NCBI GenBank assembly: GCA_963823665.1
Contig: CAWGMQ010000010.1
Location: forward strand, 1,120,001 to 1,184,000
DNA from: an uncultured Planctomycetota bacterium
GTDB taxonomy: Bacteria; Planctomycetota; Planctomycetia; Isosphaerales; Isosphaeraceae
Direction of reading: 5' to 3'
DNA length: 64,000 nucleotides
Positions 32,901-44,063 of the stretch are shown piece after piece. The position numbers were made by a program, and so were the translations under genes. Below the pieces are notes generated by a model. That model searched no databases, was not told the DNA's origin, and saw only the letters and a list, made by a program, of their open reading frames with translations. Numbering within the stretch: the stretch's first letter is position 1; every line of letters starts with the position of its first letter.

Positions 32901-33941
32901 GGCGGCGAACCGGCGAGCAACTCGTAGAGGATCACGCCCAGTGCATAGACGTCGGTCCGTGTGTCGATGTCCATCGACGACGGGTCCGCTTGCTCGGGCG
33001 ACATATAGGTAGGTGTGCCGACGATCGCTCCGGTATCACTCAGACTTTGGTCGGTCAGGTCGAACTCCGTGGCCTTGGCCACGCCGAAATCGATGACCTT
33101 GGGCGTGGGACGGCCGTCGACCTCGGTGACCATCACGTTCGAAGGCTTGAGGTCGCGGTGGATGATTCCCTTTTGATGGGCATGCTGCACCGCCTGGCAA
33201 ACGGCCACGAACAGCTCGAGCCGAGCCCGAACCGGCAGCCGTTTGCGGTCGCAGTAATCCGTGATCGGCAGGCCGTTCACCAGTTCCATCACAAAGAACG
33301 GCTGGCCGGTTTCGGTGGTGCCTCCGTCGTAAACGCGGGCGATGTTCGGGTGATCCATCAGGGCCAGCGCCTGGCGTTCGGCGTCGAACCGGGCCAGAAC
33401 CGCGCCGAGTCCATGCCAAGCTTGATCAACTTGAGTGCGACCTGGCGTTTGACCGGTTCGGACTGTTCGGCCAGGTAAACCGTGCCCAGGCCCCCTTCGC
33501 CGAGGAGGTTTCGCAGCGTGTACCGCAACGCGATGACCTGACTCGGCACGAACCCGCCGGGACGATTCCTCCGCCCTGAGGCGACGGTTATAGAATTCTT
33601 GCGCCTGATCCATTCTCCGCGAAGGCGAGCGTTTCAGGGGCGGAAGTTGTTGCTGATTCTGGTGTTTCGGCCGCAATCGTTTCGGCTGCATTTGTGGCGA
33701 TCGATGGCGCATGGGGGCCGGTGACGGCAAGGGTCTTTAACCCGTCAGTGACCGGGCCCTTCGGGCCTTGTGCGAGAAAGCGGTCTGCCTGGTCGTGGGC
33801 CGCCAGTAGCTCCTCGACTCCCGCTTTGAGCGCCTGGTTGCCGCGACATGCGTCCTCGAGGTACGCCTCCCGCTCGGGGCCGCCTGGCCGCTCAAGGGCT
33901 TCACAGAATAAGCTCTTCAGGTCGGGGTCGGGCGAGGCCAT
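29918..33941 (-). CDS. Ser/Thr protein kinase with TPR repeats (frameshifts at 33400-33600)
   Basis: [34 protein letters not shown], many TPR-like [11 protein letters not shown] repeats. Confidence 0.9.
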
Positions 33942-34009
33942 GGGCGTCGACTCCTCGGGATCGGCTCGGAACGAGTCAGGATCGGGGGCCCGAAAGCGGC
34001 CTCTGATCG

Positions 34010-34597
34010 TCATGCTCCGTCTGGCTCCGCCGTGCGACATGAATTCTCCGAAAGTTGCCGAAAAAGCCAGGCGCGTGCGAACGCCCAGTCGCGATCGGCG
34101 GTCCGTCGAACCACCCCCAGCGCGGTCGCCGCTTCGTCCTGGGTCAGTCCCCCAAACATACGGAGCTTGACCAAGGAAGCGGCGCGGGGGTCTTCTCGCT
34201 CAAGCCGGGAGAGGGCGGCGTCGAGGTCTAGCAAATCGTCGGGCGAAGTGTCGAGCCGAGCCACGGCGTCGAGTTCAAGATCCTCGCGCCGTCGCGAAGG
34301 ACCGCCTCTTCGAAGCCGCTTGCGGTTGCGAGCATGGTCGACCAGCACGCGCCGCATGGCCTCAGACGCCGCGGCGAAGAAGTGACCTCGGTTGTTGAAC
34401 TGCTGATCTCCCACCAGCCGCAGATAGGCCTCGTGGACCAAAGCCGTTGCGCTCAGGGTATGGCCGCTAGCCTCGTTCGCCATGTGTGCGACCGCCAGCT
34501 TGCGCAGCTCGTCATATACCAGCGGAAGTAGCCCTGCGGCGGCTTGCGGGTTTCCAGCCTCAATGGCGCCGACGATGCGGGTGACCTCGTTGTTCAT
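34010..34597 (-). CDS. ECF sigma factor, TIGR02999-type
   Basis: LLPLVYDELRKLA, TALVHEAYLRL, RDWAFARAWL; directly upstream of the kinase. Confidence 0.92.
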   Translation of the reverse strand: MNNEVTRIVGAIEAGNPQAAAGLLPLVYDELRKLAVAHMANEASGHTLSATALVHEAYLRLVGDQQFNNRGHFFAAASEAMRRVLVDHARNRKRLRRGGPSRRREDLELDAVARLDTSPDDLLDLDAALSRLEREDPRAASLVKLRMFGGLTQDEAATALGVVRRTADRDWAFARAWLFRQLSENSCRTAEPDGA

Positions 34598-34803
34598 AAG
34601 GTCAAGAATACCGGCCGGGGCGATGATCGGCCAACACGTATCGAACGGGACGTTCCTTGAGAAGCGATCCCCAATCAAGGCGAGCCCCCCGTCGCGGCAC
34701 TCCGAACCAGGCGGAGAGCTTCGCGTCTATGCGGCCATCTTGCGTCAGGCCGCAGCAATCATGACGATCCAGGCATTCGGCAAGAGTTTGCCAGGGTTCC
34801 GGA

Positions 34804-35100
34804 GACACCATACTGATCGCGGTGCGTTGCGTACTGGCACGGTCATGGCCTTGCCGGCAACATGGTAGAGCTTCGATTCCGTACCCTCTACATGCTCGCG
34901 TCGTAAGAGCCCCAGTGCACGGCGCGAGGCCGGGCGGTCGTTTACCCGAGCGTTGCGACATTATCCGCCTCGTTCTCGCCCTAGATTGGACACCGGGGAC
35001 GAGATACGACTAGCAAGGCGTCTGTCGAGTTGGAGATCCGGAGAGCGTGGTAATCAACCAGGCGCTCGTGCTAACGAAATAGCAACAGAATTCAAGCGGG
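34804..35100. repeat. Non-coding element A ending in palindromic site gagagcgtgg-taatcaa-ccaggcgctc (35041-35067)
   Basis: Colinear with 45670-45970. Confidence 0.75.
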
Positions 35101-35275
35101 ATCTCTACTCCGGCCGAGCTTCGATCCAAGAGGGCTATGTCAAGGTCTTCGAGGATGCCACGCCGTCGATGAAATCCCGCGTGGCGCGCATGGAGTTAGA
35201 CTGGTTGTCTAGATTGCCATAAATGGACCTGTCCCCGTTTCTTATCGATCAGTCCCCAGTTGCTCCGCGCCGCGA

Positions 35276-38200
35276 TCATTGCGGCCGGGCGTCCCAGACC
35301 TTCACCGTGCCATCCGCACCGGCCGAGACGAGGCGTTGGCCATCGCGGCTAAACGCCAGACACACGACAAGACTGGTGTGCCCCTTGAGCGTGAGGGTTT
35401 CCTGTCCGGTCACAACGTCCCATAGCTTCACCGTCCCATCCGCGCTGGCGGAGGCGAGACGCTGGCCATCGGGGCTAAACGCCACGCTCGGCAGCACCGC
35501 GTTGGCCACGCTGAAGTTCCCCTTGAACACGCTGCTGGTCCCCTTGAGTGCGAGGGCTTCTTGTCCCGTCGCGCAGTCCCACACCCTCACCGTCCCATCG
35601 AGGCCGGCTGACGCGAGGCGCTGGCCATCGGGGCTGAAATCCACAGCAGTCGCGATCTCCAATTCGAGCGTTCGGATTTCGTTTCCTGTAGTGGCCTCCC
35701 ACACCCTCACCGCCCCATCCTCCAGACCGGCAGACGCGAGGCGCTGGCCGTCGCGGCTGAACGCCACATCGATGACGCGGCCGCTGTGCCCGTTGAGGGT
35801 TTGGGTTTCCTGTCCGGTGGCGGCATCCCACACCTTGACCGTCCCATCTCCATAGGCAGAGGCGAGGCGCTGGCCATCGGTGCTGAACGCCACGCTGGTG
35901 GCGGCCGCGGGACGCTGTGTGCGGGTGGTATGCCCATTGAGTGTGACTCTTTCCTGCCCGGTGGCAGCGTTCCACAGCTTTACCGTCCCGTCCCGATAGG
36001 CGGAGGCGAGTTGCTGGCCGTCGGGACTGAACGCCACGCTGTCGACCGTGCCGCCGTGCTCCTTGAGCGTGAGTTTCCCGTTGGTGTCCACATAATAGCC
36101 CTCGAGCTCCTTGTAGACCGAGCCGTGTCCCTTGAGCGTGAGTGTCTCCCGACCCGTCACCCAGTCCCACACCCTCACCGTCCCATCTCGACCGGCGGAC
36201 GCGACGCGCTGGCCATCAGGACTCAGCGCCACGCTGTTGACCTCGCTGATCTGCCACTGGGGGGCGAGGGTTTCCTGGCGGGTTTGTGCGTCCCACAGCT
36301 TCAGTTCGGCCGGCGTGTTGACTCCGCCACCTGCGGACGCGAGCCGCCGGCCGTCGGGGCTGTACGCCACACAAGCGACAGAGTCAGTATGCCCCTTGAA
36401 GGTTTGGATTTCCTGCCCTGTGACCGCGTCCCACGCCTTCACCGTCTGGTCCCAGCCGCAGGACGCGAGCCGCTGGCCGTCGGGGCTGAACGCCACACAG
36501 TTGACGATGGCACTGTGCCCCTTGAAAGTTTGGATTTCCTGCCCTGTGACCGCGTCCCACACCTTCACCGTCTGGTCCCAGCCGCAGGACGCGAGCCGCT
36601 GGCCGTCGGGGCTGAACGCCACACAGGTGACGATGCCACTGGGCCCCTTGAAGGTTTGGATTTCCCGCCCTGTGGCCGCGTCCCACACCCTCACCGTCTG
36701 GTCCCAGCCGGCGGTCGCGAGCCGCCGGCCGTCGGGGCTGTACGCCACACAGGTGACGATGCCACTGGGCCCCTTGAAGGTTTGGATTTCCTGCCCAGTT
36801 CGTGTGTCCCACAGCTTCACCCCGTCCTGAGCGGCGGATGCAAGGCGCTGGCCATCGGGACTGTACGCCAAGCTCGACACCTTCCGGGTATGCCCCGTGA
36901 GAGTCCAGATCTCCCGTCCGGTCTCGGCACCCCACACTTTCACTTCGCCGCCTGGTTTGTGGGGGTTAGACGCATCACCGGCGGCGGCGATTCGCTGTCC
37001 GTCGGGGCTGAACGCCACACACGTCAGATGGCCACTGTGTCCCTCGAAAGTTTGGATTTCCTGGCCCGTGGCCGCGTCCCACACCTTCAGGAGCCCGCCG
37101 GCGGACGCGAGCCGCCGGCCGTCGGGGCTGTATGCCAAGCTCGATATCCGCGTGTAACCCAGCCTTAAGGTGAGGTGATCCTCGGACATTTTTCGTTGCC
37201 AGTAGAACCACTCGAAGCCTCGGCGATCGATGCCGCCCTGGTTGGCCGGGAGCTGATCGACGAGTCCTTGGTGCAAGAGTGTGCCGTTATAGTCCTCCCA
37301 GCAACGCTGCACGAGATTCATCTGGACGTCATAGAGACGTCGCTGGGCAAGCTCGGTCTGCCGCACGGCCGTACGCCACTGCCAGAGTACGCCCCCGAGC
37401 CCCAGCGCCGTCACCATGGCGACCAGTGCCAAGAGTGCGGCAATTGCCGGCTTTCGCCGTGTCCACTTGACCGCGCGCTCGAGCCGCGTCACCGGCCGCG
37501 CCACGATCGGCTCGCCCGACAGGTACCGTCGCAGGTCTTCCCCCAGCGCCGCCGCCCTTGCATAGCGCTTGCCCGGGTCCTTCTCCAGGCACTTCAGGCA
37601 GATGGTCTCCAGGTCGCGCGGAAGCGCCGCATTGAGCCGCCGCGGCGAGACCGGCTCGTCGCTGAGGACCTGGAGCACGGTGTCCATCGGGGTGGCCGCC
37701 TGGAACGGTGGCCGGCCGGTCGTCAGGGCATAGAGCGTCGCTCCCAAAGAATACACATCGGCCGCCGGCCCAACCTCGCCCCGCTTGCCGCCTGCTTGCT
37801 CCGGCGGCATGTAGCTCGGCGTCCCCATGATCTGGCCAGAGCCGGTCAGGCCGCTGTCTCCCTGAATCTTCTTGGCCAGCCCGAAGTCGGTGACGCGCGG
37901 GTTATTGTTGGAATCGAGGAGGATATTGGCCGGCTTCAAGTCGCGGTGAATGACGCCGTGCTGGTGAGCATACTCGATGGCCTCGCTCACGCGGCGAATC
38001 AGTTCGGCGGCCTGCCGGGCCGGGAGCGGGCCCTCAGTCAAACGCTGGGAGAGGCTCTGCCCTTCGACGAAACCCATCGAGAAGTAATGCTGGCCTTCGT
38101 GCTGCCCAACCTCGAAGATCGGCACGATCCCCGGATGGTCCAGGTTGGCCGCCGCTTCGGCCTCGGTATGGAATCGCTTGACGTCGTTGTCGTCGGCAAG

Positions 38201-38713
38201 CTGGCCGGCCAGGATCATCTTGAGCGCGACGGTGCGATCGAGGCTCACCTGCCGCGCCTCGAACACCACGCCCATCCCGCCGCGCGCGATTTCGCGGATG
38301 ATCTCATAGTCGCCGAAATAGCGGACGTGGGAGGGTGCCCCGGCCTCGGATGGGGCCGGCGCGGATGATCCAAGGTCGACCGTGGCATCTCCTCGAGGCG
38401 GCAACGTCGCCTCATCGTGGACCGACGAAGACGCCTCGCCGGGCTCCGGCAGCGTTGGTAGGGAGCCCGGTGCAATTGTCGGGGCGTCGGCGATACCGGC
38501 TTGTCCTGCCGCTTGCCGCAGCTCGGACTCCAACGCTTCCAGCTCAGCCGCCAAGGCGACCCGGGCGTCCCCTGTGAGCGACCCGATATAATCGTCGAGG
38601 CGCGGCTGGCGCCCTTCTCGCCATGCAGCCTCGAAGCGCCGGCAGGCTTGATCAATACGGCGGACCAGGTCGATGTCCAGGCCGCCGAGGTTGTCGCTGG
38701 TTCGGTGACTCAT
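35276..38713 (-). CDS. Ser/Thr protein kinase with WD40 repeats
   Basis: IARGGMGVV, HRDLKPAN, DFGLAK; many VAFSPDG...VKVWD repeats. Confidence 0.95.
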   Translation of the reverse strand: MSHRTSDNLGGLDIDLVRRIDQACRRFEAAWREGRQPRLDDYIGSLTGDARVALAAELEALESELRQAAGQAGIADAPTIAPGSLPTLPEPGEASSSVHDEATLPPRGDATVDLGSSAPAPSEAGAPSHVRYFGDYEIIREIARGGMGVVFEARQVSLDRTVALKMILAGQLADDNDVKRFHTEAEAAANLDHPGIVPIFEVGQHEGQHYFSMGFVEGQSLSQRLTEGPLPARQAAELIRRVSEAIEYAHQHGVIHRDLKPANILLDSNNNPRVTDFGLAKKIQGDSGLTGSGQIMGTPSYMPPEQAGGKRGEVGPAADVYSLGATLYALTTGRPPFQAATPMDTVLQVLSDEPVSPRRLNAALPRDLETICLKCLEKDPGKRYARAAALGEDLRRYLSGEPIVARPVTRLERAVKWTRRKPAIAALLALVAMVTALGLGGVLWQWRTAVRQTELAQRRLYDVQMNLVQRCWEDYNGTLLHQGLVDQLPANQGGIDRRGFEWFYWQRKMSEDHLTLRLGYTRISSLAYSPDGRRLASAGGLLKVWDAATGQEIQTFEGHSGHLTCVAFSPDGQRIAAAGDASNPHKPGGEVKVWGAETGREIWTLTGHTRKVSSLAYSPDGQRLASAAQDGVKLWDTRTGQEIQTFKGPSGIVTCVAYSPDGRRLATAGWDQTVRVWDAATGREIQTFKGPSGIVTCVAFSPDGQRLASCGWDQTVKVWDAVTGQEIQTFKGHSAIVNCVAFSPDGQRLASCGWDQTVKAWDAVTGQEIQTFKGHTDSVACVAYSPDGRRLASAGGGVNTPAELKLWDAQTRQETLAPQWQISEVNSVALSPDGQRVASAGRDGTVRVWDWVTGRETLTLKGHGSVYKELEGYYVDTNGKLTLKEHGGTVDSVAFSPDGQQLASAYRDGTVKLWNAATGQERVTLNGHTTRTQRPAAATSVAFSTDGQRLASAYGDGTVKVWDAATGQETQTLNGHSGRVIDVAFSRDGQRLASAGLEDGAVRVWEATTGNEIRTLELEIATAVDFSPDGQRLASAGLDGTVRVWDCATGQEALALKGTSSVFKGNFSVANAVLPSVAFSPDGQRLASASADGTVKLWDVVTGQETLTLKGHTSLVVCLAFSRDGQRLVSAGADGTVKVWDARPQ

Positions 38714-39153
38714 GCAATTCAGTCCTGCGGACCGGGCTCCAGCGGATCAATAGAAACGTGAATTGGGCGTTCCCGCCGATCGACGAAGATTGACTTCAAC
38801 GAAGATGTCAATCCCGCGTCCAACTGTGACACGGGTGTCGCGATTTGGGAGTTCCCCCGTGCGCAGGCGGCGGCAGCCTCGTCGATTCTTACCTCGTGGA
38901 TCGATGACGAACCGGCCACGCGGCGCCCCTCAGGTTCGACGCTGCCCCCCGCGATCCCCCGGCGCACTGTAAGCGGCGCGGGACGGATCCAACCGTCGGG
39001 CCTGGCTCGCTGCCGACCAGCATCATACGGCGACATTCGGACCAACGCGACGGGTGAGGTCCAAAGTGCCTTCTGCTGGACCCGAAGCGCTCGACGTGCC
39101 GCGAACGACGGGAGTTTTAGTCGCAAGCGGCGCGACGACCCGGCGATCAGGGT

Positions 39154-39189
39154 AGCGCCTGGTAACGACCCAGGCGCTCTCGCAATTGA
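39154..39189. repeat. Palindromic site C agcgcctgg-taacgac-ccaggcgct(ctcgcaattga)
   Basis: Same inverted repeat and flanks as 45909-45947. Confidence 0.75.
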
Positions 39190-39218
39190 AAAACCCGCGG
39201 AATTAGAGCGGATTTCGC

Positions 39219-39390
39219 GCGGGGCATCCCTTCGGCGTCGCCCGACGCTCTCGATGCCGATGCCATTCTTGCCGGCCAAGCGGCGCTCGGCCGGCAGCCC
39301 GGGGATACCGTCACGATCGCAACAACAAACCTGGCGCACTTGAACCGATTCCCCGGAATCGACGCCCAGACTTGGGATCAGATCCGGTAG
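39219..39390 (+). pseudogene. 3' remnant of a PIN-domain protein
   Basis: RGIPSASPDALDADAILAGQA...DTVTIATTNLAHLNRFPGIDAQTWDQIR*. Confidence 0.65.
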
Positions 39391-39552
39391 GCATTCTGCA
39401 CGTTAACGAAACCGGGCCGTGCGTGCAGCTACACAAGAGCGACGCCTCGCTCGGAATCAAAATCCATTCCGAGCGGTTGGAGACGTTGCGGTTTCCGTCC
39501 GCCACTACGCCGCCGGCTCTGTCGATACTAGTCGCGTCCCCGTTTCCGTCCC

Positions 39553-39655
39553 TGCCGGCCAGCCAGGAGATACCGTCACGATCGCAACGACGAACCTGGC
39601 GCACTTGAACCGTTTTCCTGGAATCGACGCCCAGATCTGGGTTCAGATCCGGTAG
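39553..39655 (+). pseudogene. Second, shorter 3' remnant of the same PIN-domain family
   Basis: AGQPGDTVTIATTNLAHLNRFPGIDAQIWVQIR*; direct repeat of 39290-39390. Confidence 0.65.
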
Positions 39656-39737
39656 GGATCTTCAACCGCGCGGGCGCTGGGCCGGTTGGAGGGGCGAGGA
39701 AGGGGGACACGTCGCTCCTCACTTGCGCTTCACGGGA

Positions 39738-41075
39738 TCAAAGCGGTACGTCCCCGTTTTCCCGTTCGGGTTTATCCGCTCGGGAGAAGATGCTCGCCTT
39801 CTTTCCCGGCCGCACATCCAACGAGAGCAGCCCCGCGACACTCAGAACAAATGCGATCAGGTTGGGCAGCGCATAGAGCCCGATTAACATTACCATCGGC
39901 AGGTTGACGGCCGCGTGCAACGCCAGTAACCCTCCCACAATTCTCCTCGCCACAGGCCCGCAGAAAGTGCAGACCAGCGGTGCCATGGCGAGGAGTGAAT
40001 AGCCCAAATACGGATTGAAAATATAAGCTGCGATTAACGTGCCGACCTTTTCGTTGGCCAACATGAAGCGGAACGGCAGCACTCCGAGCCCCAGGGCGAC
40101 TGCCAGGCCCACCCAGCACAGAGATGGTCCCAGTCCTGATCGGGTGCCTGAAAAGGTCGAATCCGTGTTGCCGCCTTTGCTTTTGGTCCCCTCCAGACCG
40201 GCATTTTCAAGACCTGCCCGCGCTCTTCGGCTCGGGAAACCAGCCGAAACCAGCAAGCCCGCTGCGCTCACCCCTGGGCACAGCAAGAGCCAAAGGAAGG
40301 AAGGCAACGCCACGACCGGGTATAAGCCGAAAGCCACCAGCGCCAGTGCCATGATTCTTTGAGTCCAGGCGCGTGCAAACGTACAAACAAGCGGGGCCAT
40401 GGCCAACATTGCTAGCACGAGAAGATCCCGGAAGCGGCCTCATGCGCCGCCCCCGCTCATAAGGTAAATGCTTCCTCCCGAGATGTTCCACAGGATGAGC
40501 GACGCCAGGCCCGCCCAACAGAGGAGGATCGCACGCCGGGACCGCTCGTGGCTGGCCGGGAGTTCGACGGACCTTTTCCAGGGACTGGTTGTGCGGCCCG
40601 GCGAAAACCCCCCGATCAAGAGCCCCGCCGTGGTCGTGATTAACGCGAGAGCCCACAGCCAGAAACCCGCGAGCAGGCCGTGGAAGAAGCCGACCTCGGG
40701 AATGCACACTTGAAGGATGGACAACGTAGCCAAGGGCAACACCACGCCAACCGCCTTCTTGGCTGTCTTTCCGGCAAAAGTGCAGATGAATGGGGCCGCG
40801 ATCGTCAAGACGTGAGGGACCCAGCACGGAAAGGCGTAAAAGCTAAGGATCAGGCACACGCAGCCAAGATCGCCGGCAACCCACTCTCCCCTCCCTTGGA
40901 CACGTATGGCGGGAAGCAAGAGCGAGACAACGAAAAGCACCAACCCGCCCCAGCATAACCACAAGGGGAGCCTGTCTATCTTCGAACCGTTACGTGGTCC
41001 GAAATCGGGCGGTTCAGGCGCGAATCGTCGACATCGGACGGCGGGTTTTCCATCGTACACCTGTCGCTTCCACAT
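39738..41075 (-). CDS. Membrane protein of three repeated modules, interrupted by one in-frame TGA (40440-40442)
   Basis: ORFs 40440-41075 and 39738-40418 share a frame; motif LCWxGL...AP(L/F)(V/I)CTF occurs three times. Confidence 0.65.
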
Positions 41076-41682
41076 TTTCTTTTAGCAGAGACCAGTTGGA
41101 TCGAACCGCCGAGATCTCGGTTGCAGGCCGGTTTGGGTAGCGTCGGAGCTTGCCGGGGCTCCGGCTTGTAATCCGAGAGACGACTGCGAGGCTTCCTCCA
41201 GGTTGGATTGCGCCGCGCTTCGCGGGCTGGCCATCGAGCGGCCGGGCTTCCCACGCCTTCACCGTCCAATCAGCACTGATGGAGGCGAGCCAAGCTTAAA
41301 CTAATTATGTTCAATCGGATTGGTAGTGTGCCAACACCAGCCAAGAGCTTCTCCGTCAAGGTGCTGACTTCGGCTGTTCCCAAAGCAAAGATGCGCGAGC
41401 TCGTACCGCAAGAACACTGGGACGTGATCGCTGGTCAGTCCGTGAACGAAGGGATGGATTCAGGACGGATTCTGAGGAGGGCAGGCTGATTTGGAAGAGC
41501 GCCTGGTTATTAATTTTCAAGCAATGTGCATATAACGTTCAATATGTACTCGGTGTAAGTTTAAGTTCAGACTGAACATGTGGCCTGTCCCTTCGGCGGT
41601 CTTGGACCGAGTTCTGATTCGAGAGAGGAGGCTTAAAACGAATAAGATCGTTGCTGTAACTTCCTAGAGGATATGCTTTTAG

Positions 41683-41728
41683 TGGAGACGACCGGGATCG
41701 AACCGGCAACCTCCTGGTTGCAAACCAG
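41683..41728 (-). mobile_element. tRNA-Ala 3' half duplicate (att site, distal)
   Basis: 46 nt identical to 49261-49306. Confidence 0.92.
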
Positions 41729-42092
41729 TCGCTTTACGGCGACGAAAAACGATGTAAAGTGTTTCTGCAATTCGATTCGTAGTCTGCACTCATGACGCAG
41801 GCGTTTTCCGGGAATTATCGGGATTTTGCGGGAATTATCAGGATTTGCGCCAATTCTCTGCCACGGCAGAGCTGTATACGTTGATGGACGTTAACCGATA
41901 AACGACTGGCTCCGACGGCGAAGCGCGAAATCACAGCGCCAACAAGAGTGCATCACGCCTTTTGCACGAGGCCGGGTCAGCTCAGCCCCCCGCCTTGACA
42001 CGCGATCTGAACCGATTGTCCCATCCGGTGTCTTAAGTGAAAATAGGTGCCCGTTACCGGGCCACTTAGGACGCGACCGATAGGGCGTTGAA

Positions 42093-42845
42093 ATGGGGCG
42101 GAAAAAACGGAATCGCCTGGACCCACGACTGGAAGCGTGTGAGTGCGTTTATTGCGGATCGCGCGACCGGCTAACGTTCGACCACGTTCCACCGCAGAAC
42201 CTGTTTTCAAGTCCGCGTCCGGGCAACTTGATTAAGGTGCCTTGCTGCCACTCTTGCAACAAAGGCTTCTCGAAGGACGATGAGTATTTCCGGCTGATGG
42301 TCGTGTTGCGCCATGACATCGGATCACACCCCGAATTCAAAAACTTATGGCCAACAGTATATAGGTCGCTTCTTCGACGTCGTGAGCACGGATTCACGAA
42401 CGGCCTGCTTCAAAGCATGGCGCGGGTGGATGTTCAGTCTCCCGGGGGTTTGTTTCTCGGCCAGCTTCCTACATATAGCGTCGATCTGGTCCGGCTCGAT
42501 CGCACGGCGGCGCGTATTACCAAAGGCTTATTCTACCATGAGTTTGGCTCCCGCCTCCCCGATGATTACTGCGCTGTGTCGTACAACAAATCCGGTTTCG
42601 GCGGGAATGTGGCTGGAGTAGAACTGGTCAATTCGATGTGCGCAAAACTCTTTGTTTCACCTCCCAAGACGATCGGAGCGAACGTCTTTTCTTACTGGTT
42701 CCAGCGTACTAGCGACAATCCGAATGCAAGTGTATGGCTCATGCTTTTTTTCGGGCGCGTTCCATTCTTTTGCCTTACGATCGAGAAAACTCTCGCTGCA
42801 AAACGAACTTATACAGTTGTGCAGGCACCGCAAATTGAAGTGTGA
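42093..42845 (+). CDS. HNH endonuclease-like protein
   Basis: CVYCG...TFDHVPP...VPCCHSCNKG. Confidence 0.8.
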   Translation: MGRKKRNRLDPRLEACECVYCGSRDRLTFDHVPPQNLFSSPRPGNLIKVPCCHSCNKGFSKDDEYFRLMVVLRHDIGSHPEFKNLWPTVYRSLLRRREHGFTNGLLQSMARVDVQSPGGLFLGQLPTYSVDLVRLDRTAARITKGLFYHEFGSRLPDDYCAVSYNKSGFGGNVAGVELVNSMCAKLFVSPPKTIGANVFSYWFQRTSDNPNASVWLMLFFGRVPFFCLTIEKTLAAKRTYTVVQAPQIEV

Positions 42846-42887
42846 GAAGAAGGTTTCAAACGCCGACAGTGTCGGATGTCGGTGATA

Positions 42888-43050
42888 ACCACTTTGGGTA
42901 CCACTTTAGCAACCATACGGGTACCACCTGCGTCACACTGGTGGCACATTCTCGTTGCCCCAAACGCCCTCAGCATAAAGTGAAGGGCGTTTGGGCCAAC
43001 GAGAATGTTCTCGGAGAGGGTGTTATCCGGTGGTCTCCCAAAGTGGTACC
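42888..43050. repeat. Long palindrome with flanking ACCACTTT repeats
   Basis: 27/28-nt inverted arms 42946-42972 and 42981-43008 with 8-nt spacer; outer IR accactttggg (42888) / cccaaagtggt (43037). Confidence 0.8.
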
Positions 43051-43061
43051 GATCCTAGCTG

Positions 43062-43265
43062 CTACCCACAGTCGGATCGCTCACATCCTCGGCAGAACCA
43101 ATCGCGAGTGTATTGGTGGCTTCTAATAGCCTGAAAATGCAGATCGACAAACTGACCTCCGCCACCAGGATTGGTGGAGTACCGCCTGTAGGCAAACTTC
43201 GGCCAAACGTGGCTGTCTTCCAGTAGTTGTGGTTCTATGCAGAGATGACACAGGCCGTTGATCAT
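43062..43265 (-). pseudogene. N-terminal fragment of a Zn-binding HNH-like protein
   Basis: CHLC...LEDSHVWPK...FCRGCE, ending abruptly next to the palindrome. Confidence 0.6.
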
Positions 43266-43354
43266 GGTTTTATTCCTATTACGATGCCGCTTCTGTCTAG
43301 CGATCATTCGTCGCATCTCCTAAGGAAACTGCGTCCGGGCCGTATACTATATGA

Positions 43355-44038
43355 GTGCCGCGCGGCTCAAAGGGAGCGACTGTTTCGCTCGACCAACTGG
43401 ATACGGAGACATTTCCATTGGCCGCTTTATCTCCAGATGCCGAACGAGTCGATAAGTTCATTCAAACCCGTGACCGCCTTTCTCTCGGGCAGTTGATGAT
43501 TCTTATCGCGGGCGCCGCGGTAGGGCTTGGCTTGCTGCCGCTGGGATCGCTCAGCCACCTTCCGGTCTACGGCCGAACCGGCATCTCCTGGCAAGGTCTG
43601 GTCATCGCTCTTTATGGCACGGTCTCGGGCGCTACGATGGCGGCCTTCGTTCTTCTGATCGTCAACCACCTGATCGCACGCCGCAAATGGGGGCCAGGGG
43701 CAGTTTCCCTGTTCACGTCGGGAATTACCGCATGGACGTTTTTACCAATGGTGGCTGTTTCTTGGATCCGCGCTTCGGGGGCGTTCGAGCCATTCAGCCT
43801 CTTTCTCCGGATCAACCTCGCGCACGACCCGGGCTCATATGCCCTCGAAGCATTCTATTATTTCTGGCCCGTGGCATGCCTCGCGCTTTTCATTGGGTGC
43901 TGCCTGAGCGGACAAGCCCCCAGGTGGTGGGCCTTGCGCGGCTGGTGGCCCGAATGGTTGGGAATGTGGGTGCTCGCCTTCTGGGCCATCCCGGCCATTC
44001 CGATCATCATCGGTTTTTTCAGAACATACTTTCGGTAG
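43355..44038 (+). CDS. Hypothetical membrane protein
   Basis: About five hydrophobic helices; RLSLGQLMILIAG motif. Confidence 0.7.
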   Translation: MPRGSKGATVSLDQLDTETFPLAALSPDAERVDKFIQTRDRLSLGQLMILIAGAAVGLGLLPLGSLSHLPVYGRTGISWQGLVIALYGTVSGATMAAFVLLIVNHLIARRKWGPGAVSLFTSGITAWTFLPMVAVSWIRASGAFEPFSLFLRINLAHDPGSYALEAFYYFWPVACLALFIGCCLSGQAPRWWALRGWWPEWLGMWVLAFWAIPAIPIIIGFFRTYFR

Positions 44039-44063
44039 AAGACGGGAAACAAAACGCCGCAAA

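Noticed and set aside
36330..36790. 126-bp near-identical tandem repeats
   Set aside because: Recent WD40 blade duplication within the kinase gene, ordinary for this family
30224..38368. Long alternative-frame ORFs (e.g. 30224-31993, 35786-37168, 37175-38368)
   Set aside because: Antisense shadows of GC-rich kinase genes with no independent motifs
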